Origin: Planctomycetota bacterium
GTDB taxonomy: Bacteria > Planctomycetota > UBA8108 > SXIK01
Reading direction: 5' to 3'
NCBI GenBank assembly: GCA_965223265.1
Contig: OZ244999.1
Location: 4,412,188-4,476,187 of the forward strand
DNA length: 64,000 bases
The translations under genes were made by a program, and so were the position numbers. The first letter of the stretch is position 1; each line of letters starts with the position of its first letter. The notes beneath the pieces were generated by a model. That model searched no databases. It saw only the letters and a list, made by a program, of their open reading frames with translations, and was not told where the DNA came from. This document shows, piece by piece, positions 10,118-20,356 of the stretch.

Positions 10118-10900
10118 TCACAGTCGCGAGCGAGTTCGTATCAAGTCTATGGCCGTCTCGTGCACGACGCTATCCGCAGGCGTCGTCTGTGCGATGATCT
10201 GGAGCTCCGCGACGGGTGGCAGAGATGCTGGCCCAAGCTCCTCCAGAAGCTGTAGCGACAACGTTCGACTGAGGAGATCCAAGTCTTGCCGCAGGACGCA
10301 TTCCCGCAGAACTGCCCGCGCTCGCTCGGGGTCAATGCGAGCCAGTGCGGCGAGAGCTCGGTGACGAACGAGATGGAATGCGTCGGCCCGAATCGCTCGT
10401 TCGACACCCGCGGACGACGACCTGGCTGCGGCCCCGATCTCGCCGAGTGTCCCGGCCGCCCAGTACCGCGTCGCCGGATCGCCTGAAATCAACGCCTCGG
10501 AGAGCGCATCGACAGCGGCATCACCGTACGCAGTCAATTCTCGCGACGCCGACGGCGCAGTGTCACGCCGAAAACGATCAATCAAGTAGGGAATGGCCCG
10601 CCGCGAACGTCGCTCGGCGAGTGAATCCACCACAGCCTCGCGATGATCACCGACCGGGATACACAACAGCATGGCATCGACTCCACCCCGGCAGAGAGCG
10701 AGTGCTCGGCCACTACTGAGTAAAAGCGCGCCGAGAAGGCTCGCGGAGATGAGGAACACACCGGCGACTAGGAGTGTCGCTGGTCGCAGCGAACGCACTC
10801 GCGCCGACGCCGGGCTGCTATTGTGTGGATCAATCAACGTCGCCCCCCGCTTCAAGAGGAGAGCGCTATCGGCTACCCGGCGAACGAGCCTGAAAGTCAC
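10118..10900 (-). CDS. HEAT/PBS-lyase repeat protein, N-terminal signal/TM helix
   Basis: N-terminal hydrophobic helix (LLVAGVFLISASLLGALLL) followed by repeated helical A/L/R-rich units reminiscent of HEAT_2 repeats. No catalytic motif. Confidence 0.5.
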   Translation of the reverse strand: MTFRLVRRVADSALLLKRGATLIDPHNSSPASARVRSLRPATLLVAGVFLISASLLGALLLSSGRALALCRGGVDAMLLCIPVGDHREAVVDSLAERRSRRAIPYLIDRFRRDTAPSASRELTAYGDAAVDALSEALISGDPATRYWAAGTLGEIGAAARSSSAGVERAIRADAFHLVRHRALAALARIDPERARAVLRECVLRQDLDLLSRTLSLQLLEELGPASLPPVAELQIIAQTTPADSVVHETAIDLIRTRSRL

Positions 10901-11138
10901 CGGAAGCTCACCGTGATGTCTTCAGGTGGCTCGAACAAAACGAGCGGTTAGGCGTGGCACGGATTTAGGGATTTAGGCAGCGCCCTCCACACTGTCCTCG
11001 GCGTAGAGGCACGCATGGGCGCAGCGGAGACTGACGGATGGCGTTTTCGGCCCCGGTGCCGACAGGAATGGCGGAATCGGAGTGAGCGCCGGTCGAACGA
11101 ACCATCGAGAGCTTTTCTTGAGCAGCAATTCACGCCAC

Positions 11139-14100
11139 TCAGTTGCTGAACGTGATGAAGTTATCACTCATCGACAGATGCTGCGCCGCAATCCAGGCAG
11201 CCGAGCGCGTCACACCTGAGATGCGCACTTCGTCGAGAAGGCCGAGGAAATATGCCGTAGAGCCTGCGACTCGGCCGATATTGAGCGGCTGAGGGTTGGC
11301 GACGAGCGGCGACAGCGTCGAGTCTGCTGTCACGTCCACTCCATCGAGATAGACACGGCCCGTGCCGCCGTCGACTGACGTAGCAACGTAGTACCAAGTG
11401 TCCGATGAGAGGGTCAGGCCAGTGGCGCGAAGGTAGTTCGTTCCGCTGCCGAGCGACGTGACACGGCCTGAGCTCTGATGCACTTCAAGGTTGTAACCAA
11501 ATGAATCGTTCCAGACGTTCTTCTTCGAGACGATCCGCGGCGGATGCCCGGACTGCCCCGCCGCCAAACTGAACCAAGCCTCGATCGACAGCTGACCGGT
11601 GACCTCCAAACTGGGGCTCGTGCCGGCGTCAATAAAGTCGTCGACGCCGTCGAAGGAGCGAGCTGCACCGATCTGACCTGCCCCGGCGGTGCTGCCGCTG
11701 TTGACGCCATCGTTAATGTTCGCCGTCGAGTCTTGCAGGTCGGAGTTGAGATGCCAGACGGCATTGTAGCCTGCCGTCCAAACGCCGGCGGCGTCCTGGC
11801 CATCCGGTGCAACAGGATTATCATAGTAGAGCATGATGTAATCCACGCTCGAAACTGCGTCGATTTGGGGTACTCTCACCCATACGTAGGACGTCCCGGT
11901 TGGATCCCATGTGTCGATTTCGTGTGACAACACAGTGGTCCCGTCGTCATCGATGAAGCGAAGATCTTCACCAGCGGCCTGGATTGCGGCGTAGTCGAGC
12001 TTCGTCGCATCCAGCGTCACCAGAACCGGGAAGTCCACCAGGTTCTCCGCCTGCGCCGCGTTGTTGAACGTCAACTGACGGCGCTGACCCCACGACGCAT
12101 CCCACCAGCCAATGTTGCTCACCGTGATCGTCGTCGTCGCGCTGTCTGTGTCGCCGTCGTCGTCCGTCACCGTCAACGTCGCAAGGTACGTCCCCGCAGA
12201 GGCATACTCGTGCGTCGTCGTCACACCTGTGTCACCTTGAGTGTCGCCAAAGTCCCATGAGTACGACACAATCGTGCCGTCCGTGTCGCTCGAGCCAGAA
12301 GCGTCAAAGCTCACCAAAAGCGGCTCCAGACCCGACTCCGGAGTCGCTGTGAACGACGCCGTCGGAGGATCGTTCGGCACAGGAAGAACCGTCAGCACAG
12401 CATCCGCGCTCGTCACGCTCCCAAAAGCGTTACTCACCTCGACGCTGTAAAATCCCCCGTCATCCGCGAGCGTCAACACCGGCGTCGTGTATGAGCTGCT
12501 GGTCGCACCGGCGATCGGTACACTGTTCAAAAGCCACTGATACGACAGCGGCGCTGTTCCGCTCGCCACCACGTCGAACGTCGCGGTCTCCCCTTCGAAA
12601 ACCGACTGACTCTGCGGGTCCTGCGTGATGCTCGGCGGCGACGGCGCCGCGTCCACCGTGATCGACACCGCGGCCGACGTCTCGCTCACACCACCGTCGT
12701 TCGTCGCCACGGCCGTCAGGCTGTGCGTCCCTACAGGAACACCATTCCAGACGTACTCGTACGGGGCCGTTGTGTCGCTGCCAAGAAGGCCACCATCGGC
12801 ATAAAAGTCCACCTGGTCCACTGTGCCTTCAGGGTCCGAAGCCGTCGCTTCGATCGTCACATTCACTGGCTCAACGTACGACGTACCATCCGCCGGTGAC
12901 GTGATGCTCACCGTCGGCGGTGGACGACCGCCGCCCTCCCCGACGCCGTACGTCAGCATCCCGTCGCTCATCGACTGGTGCTGCGCCGCAATCCACGCCG
13001 CCGAGCGCGTCACGCTCGAGATCCGCACTTCGTCGAGAACCCCCAGAAAGTACGCCGTCGAGCCGGCCACCCGGCCGATGTTTAGTGGCTGGGGATTCGC
13101 CACCAGCGACGACATCGTCGAGTCCGTCGTCACGTCCACGCCATCGAGGTACACCTGGCCCGATGTGCCGCTCGCTGACGTCGCTACGTAGTGCCACGTG
13201 TCCGTGCCAAGCACCACCCCGCTGGCGCGCAGCGAGTCCGAGCCGCTGCCCAGGGACGTGATGCGTCCTGAGCTCTGCTGCACCTCGAGGTTGTAACCGA
13301 ACGGGTCGTTCCAGACGTTCTTCTTCGAAACGATCCGCGGCGGATGGCCTGATTGACCCGGCGCCAGGCGGATCCATGCCTCGATCGACAGCTGGCCTGT
13401 GATCTCAAGGCTGGCGCTCGTCCCCGCGTCGATGAAGTCGTCCACTCCATCAAACGTGCGGGCGCCGCCGATGCGTCCGGCGCCGGGCGCGGTGCCGTTG
13501 TCGACACCGTCGTTGGCGTTCGACGTCGAGTCCTGTGTGCCATCGAGGTGCCACACGCCTGCGTAACCGGCACTCCACACCCCCGCGGCGTCCTGGCCGT
13601 CAGGCGCCGAACCGTTGTCGTAGTAGAGCATCATGTAGTCAGTCGTCGAGCTCGCGTCGATCTGCGGCACCTTCACCCACACGTGCGACGTGCCCGCCGG
13701 GTCCCACGACTCGATCTCGTGCGACAGCACCGTGAAGCTATCCGCGTCAATAAACCGCAGGTCTTCACCTTGCGCTTGCGTCAGCGAATAGTCGATCCGC
13801 GTCGCATCCAGCGTCACCAGCACCGGGAAGTCCACCAAGTTCTCCGCCTGCGCAGCGTTGTTGAACGTCAACTGACGGCGCTGACCCCACGACGCATCCC
13901 ACCAGCCTATGTTGCTCACCGTGATCGTCGTCGTCGTGCTGTCTGTGTCGCCGTCGTCGTCCGTCACCGTCAACGTCGCAAGGTACGTCCCCGCAGAGGC
14001 ATACTCGTGCGTCGTCGTCACACCTGTGTCACCTTGAGTGTCGCCAAAGTCCCATGAGTACGACACAATCGTGCCGTCCGTGTCGCTCGAGCCAGAAGCG

Positions 14101-17100
14101 TCAAAGCTCACCAAAAGCGGCTCCAGACCCGACTCCGGAGTCGCTGTGAACGACGCCGTCGGAGGATCGTTCGGCACAGGAAGAACCGTCAGCACAGCAT
14201 CCGCGCTCGTCACGCTCCCAAAAGCGTTACTCACCTCGACGCTGTAAAATCCCCCGTCATCCGCGAGCGTCAACACCGGCGTCGTGTATGAGCTGCTGGT
14301 CGCACCGCCGATCGGTACACTGTTCAATAGCCACTGATACGACAGCGGCGCTGTTCCGCTCGCCACCACGTCGAACGTCGCGGTCTCCCCTTCGAAAACC
14401 GACTGGCTCTGCGGGTCCTGCGTGATGCTCGGCGGCGACGGCGCCGCGTCCACCGTGATCGACACCGCAGCCGACGTCTCGCTCACACCGCCGTCGTTCG
14501 TCGCCACCGCCGTCAGGCTGTGTGTCCCTACAGGAACACCATTCCAGACGTACTCGTAAGGGCTCGTTGTGTCGCTGCCAAGAAGGCCACCATCGGCATA
14601 AAAGTCCACCTGGTCCACGGTGCCTTCAGGGTCTGAAGCCGTCGCTTCGATCGTCACATTCACTGGCTCAACGTACAAAGTCCCATCCGCCGGTGACGTG
14701 ATGCTCACAGTCGGCGGTGGACGACCGCCGCCCTCCCCGACGCCGTACGTCAGCATCCCGTCGCTCATCGACTGGTGCTGCGCTGCAATCCACGCCGCCG
14801 AGCGCGTCACGCTCGAGATGCGCACTTCGTCGAGAACCCCGAGAAAATATGCCGTCGAGCCGGCCACCCGGCCGATATTGAGCGGCTGGGGATTCGCCAC
14901 CAGCGACGACATCGTCGAGTCCGTCGTCACGTCCACGCCGTCGAGGTACACCTGGCCCGTTGTGCCGCTCGCTGACGTCGCTATGTAGTGCCACGTGTCC
15001 GTGCCAAGCACTACACCGTCGGCGCGCAGCGAGTCCGAACCGCTGCCCAGAGACGTGATGCGGCTATTGCTCTGCTGCACCTCGAGGTTGTAACCAAACG
15101 GGTCATTCCAGACGTTCTTCTTCGAGACGATCCGCGGTGGATGCCCGGACTGCCCAGGCGCAAGGCGGATCCAAGCCTCGATCGAAAGCTGGCCCGTGAT
15201 CTCCAAACTCGCACTTGTCCCCGCGTCGATGAAGTCGTCCACTCCATCAAACGAGCGGGCGCTGCCGATGCGTCCAGCGCTCGGCGCTGTGCCGTTGTCG
15301 ACACCGTCGTTGGCGTTCGACGTCGAGTCCTGTGTGCCATCGAGGTGCCACACGCCTGCGTAACCGGCACTCCACACCCCCGCGGCGTCCTGGCCGTCAG
15401 GGGCCGAAGCGTTGTCGTAGTAGAGCATCATGTAGTCAGTCGTCGAGCTCGCGTCGATCTGCGGCACCTTCACCCACACGTGCGACGTGCCCGCCGGGTC
15501 CCACGACTCGATCTCGTGCGACAGTACTGTAAAACCGTCCGCATCGATGAACCGAATGTCTTCGCCTTGCGCTTGCGTCAGCGAATAGTCGATCCGCGTC
15601 GCATCCAGCGTCACCAGCACCGGGAAGTCCACCAAGTTCTCCGCCTGCGCAGCGTTGTTGAACGTCAACTGACGGCGCTGACCCCACGACGCATCCCACC
15701 AGCCTATGTTGCTCACCGTGATCGTCGTCGTCGTGCTGTCTGTGTCGCCGTCGTCGTCCGTCACCGTCAGCGTCGCAAGGTACGTCCCCGCAGAGGCATA
15801 CTCGTGCGTCGTCGTCACGCCTGTGTCACCTTGAGTGTCGCCAAAGTCCCATGAGTACGACACAATCGTGCCGTCCGTGTCGCTCGAGCCAGAGGCGTCA
15901 AAGCTCACCAAAAGCGGCTCCAGACCCGACTCCGGAGTCGCTGTGAACGACGCCGTCGGAGGATCGTTCGGCACCGGAAGAACCGTCAGCACAGCATCCG
16001 CGCTCGTCACGCTCCCAAAAGCGTTACTCACCTCGACGCTGTAAAATCCCCCGTCGTCCGCGAGCGTCAACACCGGCGTCGTGTATGAGCTGCTGGTCGC
16101 ACCGCCGATCGGTACACTGTTCAATAGCCACTGATACGACAGCGGCGCTGTTCCGCTCGCCACCACGTCGAACGTCGCGGTCTCCCCTTCGAAAACCGAC
16201 TGGCTCTGCGGGTCCTGCGTGATGCTCGGCGGCGACGGCGCCGCGTCCACCGTGATCGACACCGCGGCCGACGTCTCGCTCACACCGCCGTCGTTCGTCG
16301 CCACCGCCGTCAGGCTGTGTGTCCCTACAGGAACACCATTCCAGACGTACTCGTAAGGGCTCGTTGTGTCGCTGCCAAGAAGGCCACCATCGGCATAAAA
16401 GTCCACCTGGTCCACGGTGCCTTCAGGGTCTGAAGCCGTCGCTTCGATCGTCACATTCACTGGCTCAACGTACAAAGTCCCATCCGCCGGTGACGTGATG
16501 CTCACAGTCGGCGGTGGACGACCGCCGCCCTCCCCGACGCCGTACGTCAGCATCCCGTCGCTCATCGACTGGTGCTGCGCTGCAATCCACGCCGCCGAGC
16601 GCGTCACGCTCGAGATGCGCACTTCGTCGAGAACCCCGAGAAAATATGCCGTCGAGCCGGCCACCCGGCCGATATTGAGCGGCTGGGGATTCGCCACCAG
16701 CGACGACATCGTCGAGTCCGTCGTCACGTCCACGCCGTCGAGGTACACCTGGCCCGTTGTGCCGCTCGCTGACGTCGCTATGTAGTGCCACGTGTCCGTG
16801 CCAAGCACTACACCGTCGGCGCGCAGCGAGTCCGAACCGCTGCCCAGAGACGTGATGCGGCTATTGCTCTGCTGCACCTCGAGGTTGTAACCAAACGGGT
16901 CATTCCAGACGTTCTTCTTCGAGACGATCCGCGGTGGATGCCCGGACTGCCCAGGCGCAAGGCGGATCCAAGCCTCGATCGAAAGCTGGCCCGTGATCTC
17001 CAAACTCGCACTTGTCCCCGCGTCGATGAAGTCGTCCACTCCATCAAACGAGCGGGCGCTGCCGATGCGTCCAGCGCTCGGCGCTGTGCCGTTGTCGACA

Positions 17101-20100
17101 CCGTCGTTAGCGTTCGACGTCGAGTCCTGAAAGTCGTCAAGGTGCCACACGCCTGCGTAACCGGCACTCCACACCCCCGCTGCGTCCTGGCCGTCAGGTG
17201 CCGAAGCGTTGTCGTAGTAGAGCATCATGTGGTCAGTCGTCGAACCCGCGTCGATCTGCGGCACCTTCACCCACACGTGCGACGTGCCCGCCGGGTCCCA
17301 CGACTCGATCTCGTGCGACAGCACTGTAAAACCGTCCGCATCGATGAACCGCAGATCCTCACCTTGCGCTTGCGTCAGCGAATAGTCGATCCGCGTCGCA
17401 TCCAGCGTCACCAGTACCGGGAAGTTCACCAGGTTCTCCGCCTGCGCCGCGTTGTTGAACGTCAAGCGATGCCGGCGTGACCAGCTGAGATCCCACCACG
17501 ATCCGTTGACCGTGATGGTGTCGCTGATGGAGTCGGTGAATCCGTCGTTGTCAGTGACCGTCAGCGTGGCGGTGAAATCACCCACGGACGTGTACTCGTG
17601 AGAGGTCGTGACACCGGTGTCGACGCCGCCGTCGCCGAAGGTCCAATCGTAGCTCACGATGGTGCCGTCGGTGTCAAAGGACCCTGACGCGTCGAACTGC
17701 ACGGTGAGCGGGATCTCCCCCGAGGTTGGGGTGGCGGTGAACGCCGCCGTCGGGGGTTGACCGGAACCACTCACGACGCTGACCATGACGGAGTCGACAT
17801 CGACATGCCCCAGGTCGTTGATCACTTCAAGGAGTATCTCGTGATCGCCGACAGCGAGAGAGACCTGCGGCGACACGCCCGTCGCCAGCACAGTGCTGTC
17901 CGGCAGCAGCCATGTATAAGAGGAGATGACCGCACCTGGGTCGTTGCTCGCGGACGCATCGAGAGTCACCAACTCGAACCCGTCCTCATCCGTATCCGTC
18001 ACCATCTGATCGGCACCCGCGTCCGCAACGAGCGTTGAGCCGCAGTCGGGCAACACGCGGACATGCGTCGTGGTCGAGAGCCCTGCAGCATCTGAGACGG
18101 TGAGAAAGATGCGATAGAAGTAAATGTTGCCGTCGCATCCGGCGGGCGAAATGACCGTGCTAGTGCTGCAGTTCGGGTCAACGGGATCGCGGTGATCGTG
18201 GTCGTTGTGGATAAGGAAAGTTTGCCACGCACAGGTCAGTTCGCCTTGGCTGTGCTCCGCGTCCGAAATCGTCGCCGTCAAACTGAACGGGGTGTCACCG
18301 GCCATGGAATAGAGAGTGCCGTCGACTGGACTATCAATCGTGACACTGGGCGGCGTGTTGTTGAGCGAAATCACGACGGTCGCTGTATCGGTTGCACCCC
18401 CCGAATCGGTCACGGTCAAAACGACATCGAACTGGGTCGGCACCCCAGGCGATGCGGTGAACTGATGGGACGGGTCTGCCTGGGTGCTGATCGGGCTGCC
18501 GTCGCCGAAATCCCACTCGTAGGTCACAGCACCTTCGGGATCAGACGAGTTGCTGCCGGTGAACTGGACCGTCAAAGGTGTGGGGCCGTAGAAAACGTCT
18601 GCTGAGGCAACTGCGGTCGGGTTTTGATTACCGCCGGGTGCGTACGCCACCTCGAAGATCTGGTCAGTATTCCAATCGACGTAGTAGAGCCCGCCGGTCT
18701 GGGGATGCGTCGCGATGTAGACGATCGAACGGGCAGCGCTCGAGTCGAGAAAATCCCTGACTTCTACCGGCTGATCGCTGCCGTCGAAGACGAAGTTACG
18801 GATCCACCTGCCAGAGTAGTCGGCGTGGAAGTAAGTGTCTTTGTACTGCGCTGGGAAATCGTCGGCCGTGTACCACACACCGCCGATCGCCGAATTGCCG
18901 CCGAACTGCGGCCCGGCCACGGGCGAGCCGGCTGCACCGATGTTGATGACGTCGGCGTCGAGTCCATCGTAGATCCCGGTCCGTGATGGGCCGCTCCCAT
19001 GACGCCAGTCAATGGCGGGACGCGTATGGAGAAAAACCTCGACGCTGCCTGGAATGGCCTGCGCTGGATCACAGGGGTTGGGAAAGAACGGGTTAGGATC
19101 TAACGTGTCCTGCTGAATGAGGTCGTTGAAATAGAAAAACTCTTGCGTACAGCCACCGACACCGAAAAGCGGATTGGGAGCATCTTCGTTCGGGACGTCA
19201 CGCGAAAAGTAGCCGCTATGGACCGTCAACCCCTCAAACGCCGGCCAGCCAAAATTCTGTCCCGGAGCAGTGGCAACGTGAAGATCTTCCCAGATCTGCC
19301 AGCCGACATCGCCGATGTAGATCGAACCTGGGTTTCCATCTGATGGGGTGTGAGATCCTGAATTCGGCCGCAGCGCAATGCGACAAGGATTTCTCAGCCC
19401 AAGCGACCAGACCCGGGAACGCGCCGAGCGCGGCGCCGCGGCCTCCCAAAATGGATTGCTCGGCAACCCGTCACCAGTGTCTGGATCGAGACGGACGATC
19501 TTGCCGCTGAGCGAACTCAGCATCTGCGACCGATACGCGCCCACGTTCTCGTCTGGGCGGATGATCCCGTCCGCTAACCCGTCGACGTAGTAAGTCTCGG
19601 AAGCACTGCCTGTATCGGTCGACGAGTAGCTGGCACCGTCGCCGCACGAAGCGATCAGCGTGCCATCGGTTCCAAAGATCAGTCCACCAACGCCGTGAGA
19701 TTGGTGCAGAATCGGAAAACCGGTGCTCGCTGTCTCCCCGAGAAGGACCAAGCGGCTGTTCGGATCGATCGCCGTCGCATGCCCGAAATCGTCATCGCCA
19801 GGGGGTTTGATCGCAGTGTAACGGGTGATTCGCCCAATCGTCGCGGCGAAATACTCGTTTTGCGCCGGGTTGTAGCTCGGCGTACCAGCGTGCAGCAGAT
19901 GATGCCGATCGACGACGTAGAGCAGGTAGACATGACCGTTGAGGTGATAGTTGGGGTGGAGGGCGAAACCGAGGAGACCGTAGTCACGCCAACCTCCGAC
20001 CTCGTCGTTGATGTCGATGAATGGAGTCGCCAATTTGACTCCGTTCTCAACGATCCAGACGCGTCCGCCGCGCTCCCAGACAAAGACTCGATTCTCGTGA

Positions 20101-20246
20101 TCCTGCGGGTCGAACGTCAGCCCTATGACCTCGTTCCACCCACTGCCGACGGTGGTCTCGACGAAGTCAGGAGGAAGCGCCCACAAAGAGACCGGAAGAC
20201 AGAAAGCCAGCGCTAGATGGATCCCTACGTTCGCTCGTCTTGGCAT
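11139..20246 (-). CDS. Giant secreted multidomain protein (3035 aa): signal peptide, PQQ-dependent sugar dehydrogenase-like beta-propeller, PKD/Ig domains, then four DUF2341-LamG modules (three followed by Big-Ig(I-set)-PKD)
   Basis: N-terminal signal peptide (HLALAFCLPVSLWALP). GSDH-like propeller region. PKD signatures (WDFGDG...Y..L.VTD). Repeated WWD.SW..R..LTFNN (DUF2341) followed by LamG_3-like FDGVDDFIDAG...LSIEAW. Ig I-set-like and bacterial Ig-like segments. A single uninterrupted ORF of 9108 nt. Confidence 0.85.
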   Translation of the reverse strand: MPRRANVGIHLALAFCLPVSLWALPPDFVETTVGSGWNEVIGLTFDPQDHENRVFVWERGGRVWIVENGVKLATPFIDINDEVGGWRDYGLLGFALHPNYHLNGHVYLLYVVDRHHLLHAGTPSYNPAQNEYFAATIGRITRYTAIKPPGDDDFGHATAIDPNSRLVLLGETASTGFPILHQSHGVGGLIFGTDGTLIASCGDGASYSSTDTGSASETYYVDGLADGIIRPDENVGAYRSQMLSSLSGKIVRLDPDTGDGLPSNPFWEAAAPRSARSRVWSLGLRNPCRIALRPNSGSHTPSDGNPGSIYIGDVGWQIWEDLHVATAPGQNFGWPAFEGLTVHSGYFSRDVPNEDAPNPLFGVGGCTQEFFYFNDLIQQDTLDPNPFFPNPCDPAQAIPGSVEVFLHTRPAIDWRHGSGPSRTGIYDGLDADVINIGAAGSPVAGPQFGGNSAIGGVWYTADDFPAQYKDTYFHADYSGRWIRNFVFDGSDQPVEVRDFLDSSAARSIVYIATHPQTGGLYYVDWNTDQIFEVAYAPGGNQNPTAVASADVFYGPTPLTVQFTGSNSSDPEGAVTYEWDFGDGSPISTQADPSHQFTASPGVPTQFDVVLTVTDSGGATDTATVVISLNNTPPSVTIDSPVDGTLYSMAGDTPFSLTATISDAEHSQGELTCAWQTFLIHNDHDHRDPVDPNCSTSTVISPAGCDGNIYFYRIFLTVSDAAGLSTTTHVRVLPDCGSTLVADAGADQMVTDTDEDGFELVTLDASASNDPGAVISSYTWLLPDSTVLATGVSPQVSLAVGDHEILLEVINDLGHVDVDSVMVSVVSGSGQPPTAAFTATPTSGEIPLTVQFDASGSFDTDGTIVSYDWTFGDGGVDTGVTTSHEYTSVGDFTATLTVTDNDGFTDSISDTITVNGSWWDLSWSRRHRLTFNNAAQAENLVNFPVLVTLDATRIDYSLTQAQGEDLRFIDADGFTVLSHEIESWDPAGTSHVWVKVPQIDAGSTTDHMMLYYDNASAPDGQDAAGVWSAGYAGVWHLDDFQDSTSNANDGVDNGTAPSAGRIGSARSFDGVDDFIDAGTSASLEITGQLSIEAWIRLAPGQSGHPPRIVSKKNVWNDPFGYNLEVQQSNSRITSLGSGSDSLRADGVVLGTDTWHYIATSASGTTGQVYLDGVDVTTDSTMSSLVANPQPLNIGRVAGSTAYFLGVLDEVRISSVTRSAAWIAAQHQSMSDGMLTYGVGEGGGRPPPTVSITSPADGTLYVEPVNVTIEATASDPEGTVDQVDFYADGGLLGSDTTSPYEYVWNGVPVGTHSLTAVATNDGGVSETSAAVSITVDAAPSPPSITQDPQSQSVFEGETATFDVVASGTAPLSYQWLLNSVPIGGATSSSYTTPVLTLADDGGFYSVEVSNAFGSVTSADAVLTVLPVPNDPPTASFTATPESGLEPLLVSFDASGSSDTDGTIVSYSWDFGDTQGDTGVTTTHEYASAGTYLATLTVTDDDGDTDSTTTTITVSNIGWWDASWGQRRQLTFNNAAQAENLVDFPVLVTLDATRIDYSLTQAQGEDIRFIDADGFTVLSHEIESWDPAGTSHVWVKVPQIDASSTTDYMMLYYDNASAPDGQDAAGVWSAGYAGVWHLDGTQDSTSNANDGVDNGTAPSAGRIGSARSFDGVDDFIDAGTSASLEITGQLSIEAWIRLAPGQSGHPPRIVSKKNVWNDPFGYNLEVQQSNSRITSLGSGSDSLRADGVVLGTDTWHYIATSASGTTGQVYLDGVDVTTDSTMSSLVANPQPLNIGRVAGSTAYFLGVLDEVRISSVTRSAAWIAAQHQSMSDGMLTYGVGEGGGRPPPTVSITSPADGTLYVEPVNVTIEATASDPEGTVDQVDFYADGGLLGSDTTSPYEYVWNGVPVGTHSLTAVATNDGGVSETSAAVSITVDAAPSPPSITQDPQSQSVFEGETATFDVVASGTAPLSYQWLLNSVPIGGATSSSYTTPVLTLADDGGFYSVEVSNAFGSVTSADAVLTVLPVPNDPPTASFTATPESGLEPLLVSFDASGSSDTDGTIVSYSWDFGDTQGDTGVTTTHEYASAGTYLATLTVTDDDGDTDSTTTTITVSNIGWWDASWGQRRQLTFNNAAQAENLVDFPVLVTLDATRIDYSLTQAQGEDLRFIDADSFTVLSHEIESWDPAGTSHVWVKVPQIDASSTTDYMMLYYDNGSAPDGQDAAGVWSAGYAGVWHLDGTQDSTSNANDGVDNGTAPGAGRIGGARTFDGVDDFIDAGTSASLEITGQLSIEAWIRLAPGQSGHPPRIVSKKNVWNDPFGYNLEVQQSSGRITSLGSGSDSLRASGVVLGTDTWHYVATSASGTSGQVYLDGVDVTTDSTMSSLVANPQPLNIGRVAGSTAYFLGVLDEVRISSVTRSAAWIAAQHQSMSDGMLTYGVGEGGGRPPPTVSITSPADGTSYVEPVNVTIEATASDPEGTVDQVDFYADGGLLGSDTTAPYEYVWNGVPVGTHSLTAVATNDGGVSETSAAVSITVDAAPSPPSITQDPQSQSVFEGETATFDVVASGTAPLSYQWLLNSVPIAGATSSSYTTPVLTLADDGGFYSVEVSNAFGSVTSADAVLTVLPVPNDPPTASFTATPESGLEPLLVSFDASGSSDTDGTIVSYSWDFGDTQGDTGVTTTHEYASAGTYLATLTVTDDDGDTDSATTTITVSNIGWWDASWGQRRQLTFNNAAQAENLVDFPVLVTLDATKLDYAAIQAAGEDLRFIDDDGTTVLSHEIDTWDPTGTSYVWVRVPQIDAVSSVDYIMLYYDNPVAPDGQDAAGVWTAGYNAVWHLNSDLQDSTANINDGVNSGSTAGAGQIGAARSFDGVDDFIDAGTSPSLEVTGQLSIEAWFSLAAGQSGHPPRIVSKKNVWNDSFGYNLEVHQSSGRVTSLGSGTNYLRATGLTLSSDTWYYVATSVDGGTGRVYLDGVDVTADSTLSPLVANPQPLNIGRVAGSTAYFLGLLDEVRISGVTRSAAWIAAQHLSMSDNFITFSN
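11990..17480. repeat. Three near-identical in-frame tandem copies of a 1797-bp (599-codon) unit inside the giant gene; a fourth, diverged copy of the DUF2341-LamG part lies at 11139..~12100
   Basis: Six-frame ORF markers recur exactly every 1797 bp (12241/14038/15835; 12823/14620/16417; 13184/15011/16808). Direct alignment of 11941-12245 with 13741-14045 shows near identity from ~12030 onward. Encoded protein copies differ only by scattered substitutions. Confidence 0.9.
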
Positions 20247-20356
20247 GCGCTTTCCCTACGTTGACAAAAAGCAAGCGGAAAACTGGAGCGCGGCCGTATT
20301 TAAGGCATAAAACTAGCCCAGTTGCCCTGATCTCCGCCGTTCGATTGAAGCACCCG

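Noticed and set aside
13353-14057. Repeated 230-290-aa plus-strand ORFs (also 14988..15854, 16785..17480) and the minus-strand 13184..13573 series inside the giant gene
   Set aside because: They are antisense or off-frame shadows of the giant gene that recur simply because the underlying 1797-bp DNA unit is repeated. They are useful as repeat markers but are not genes.
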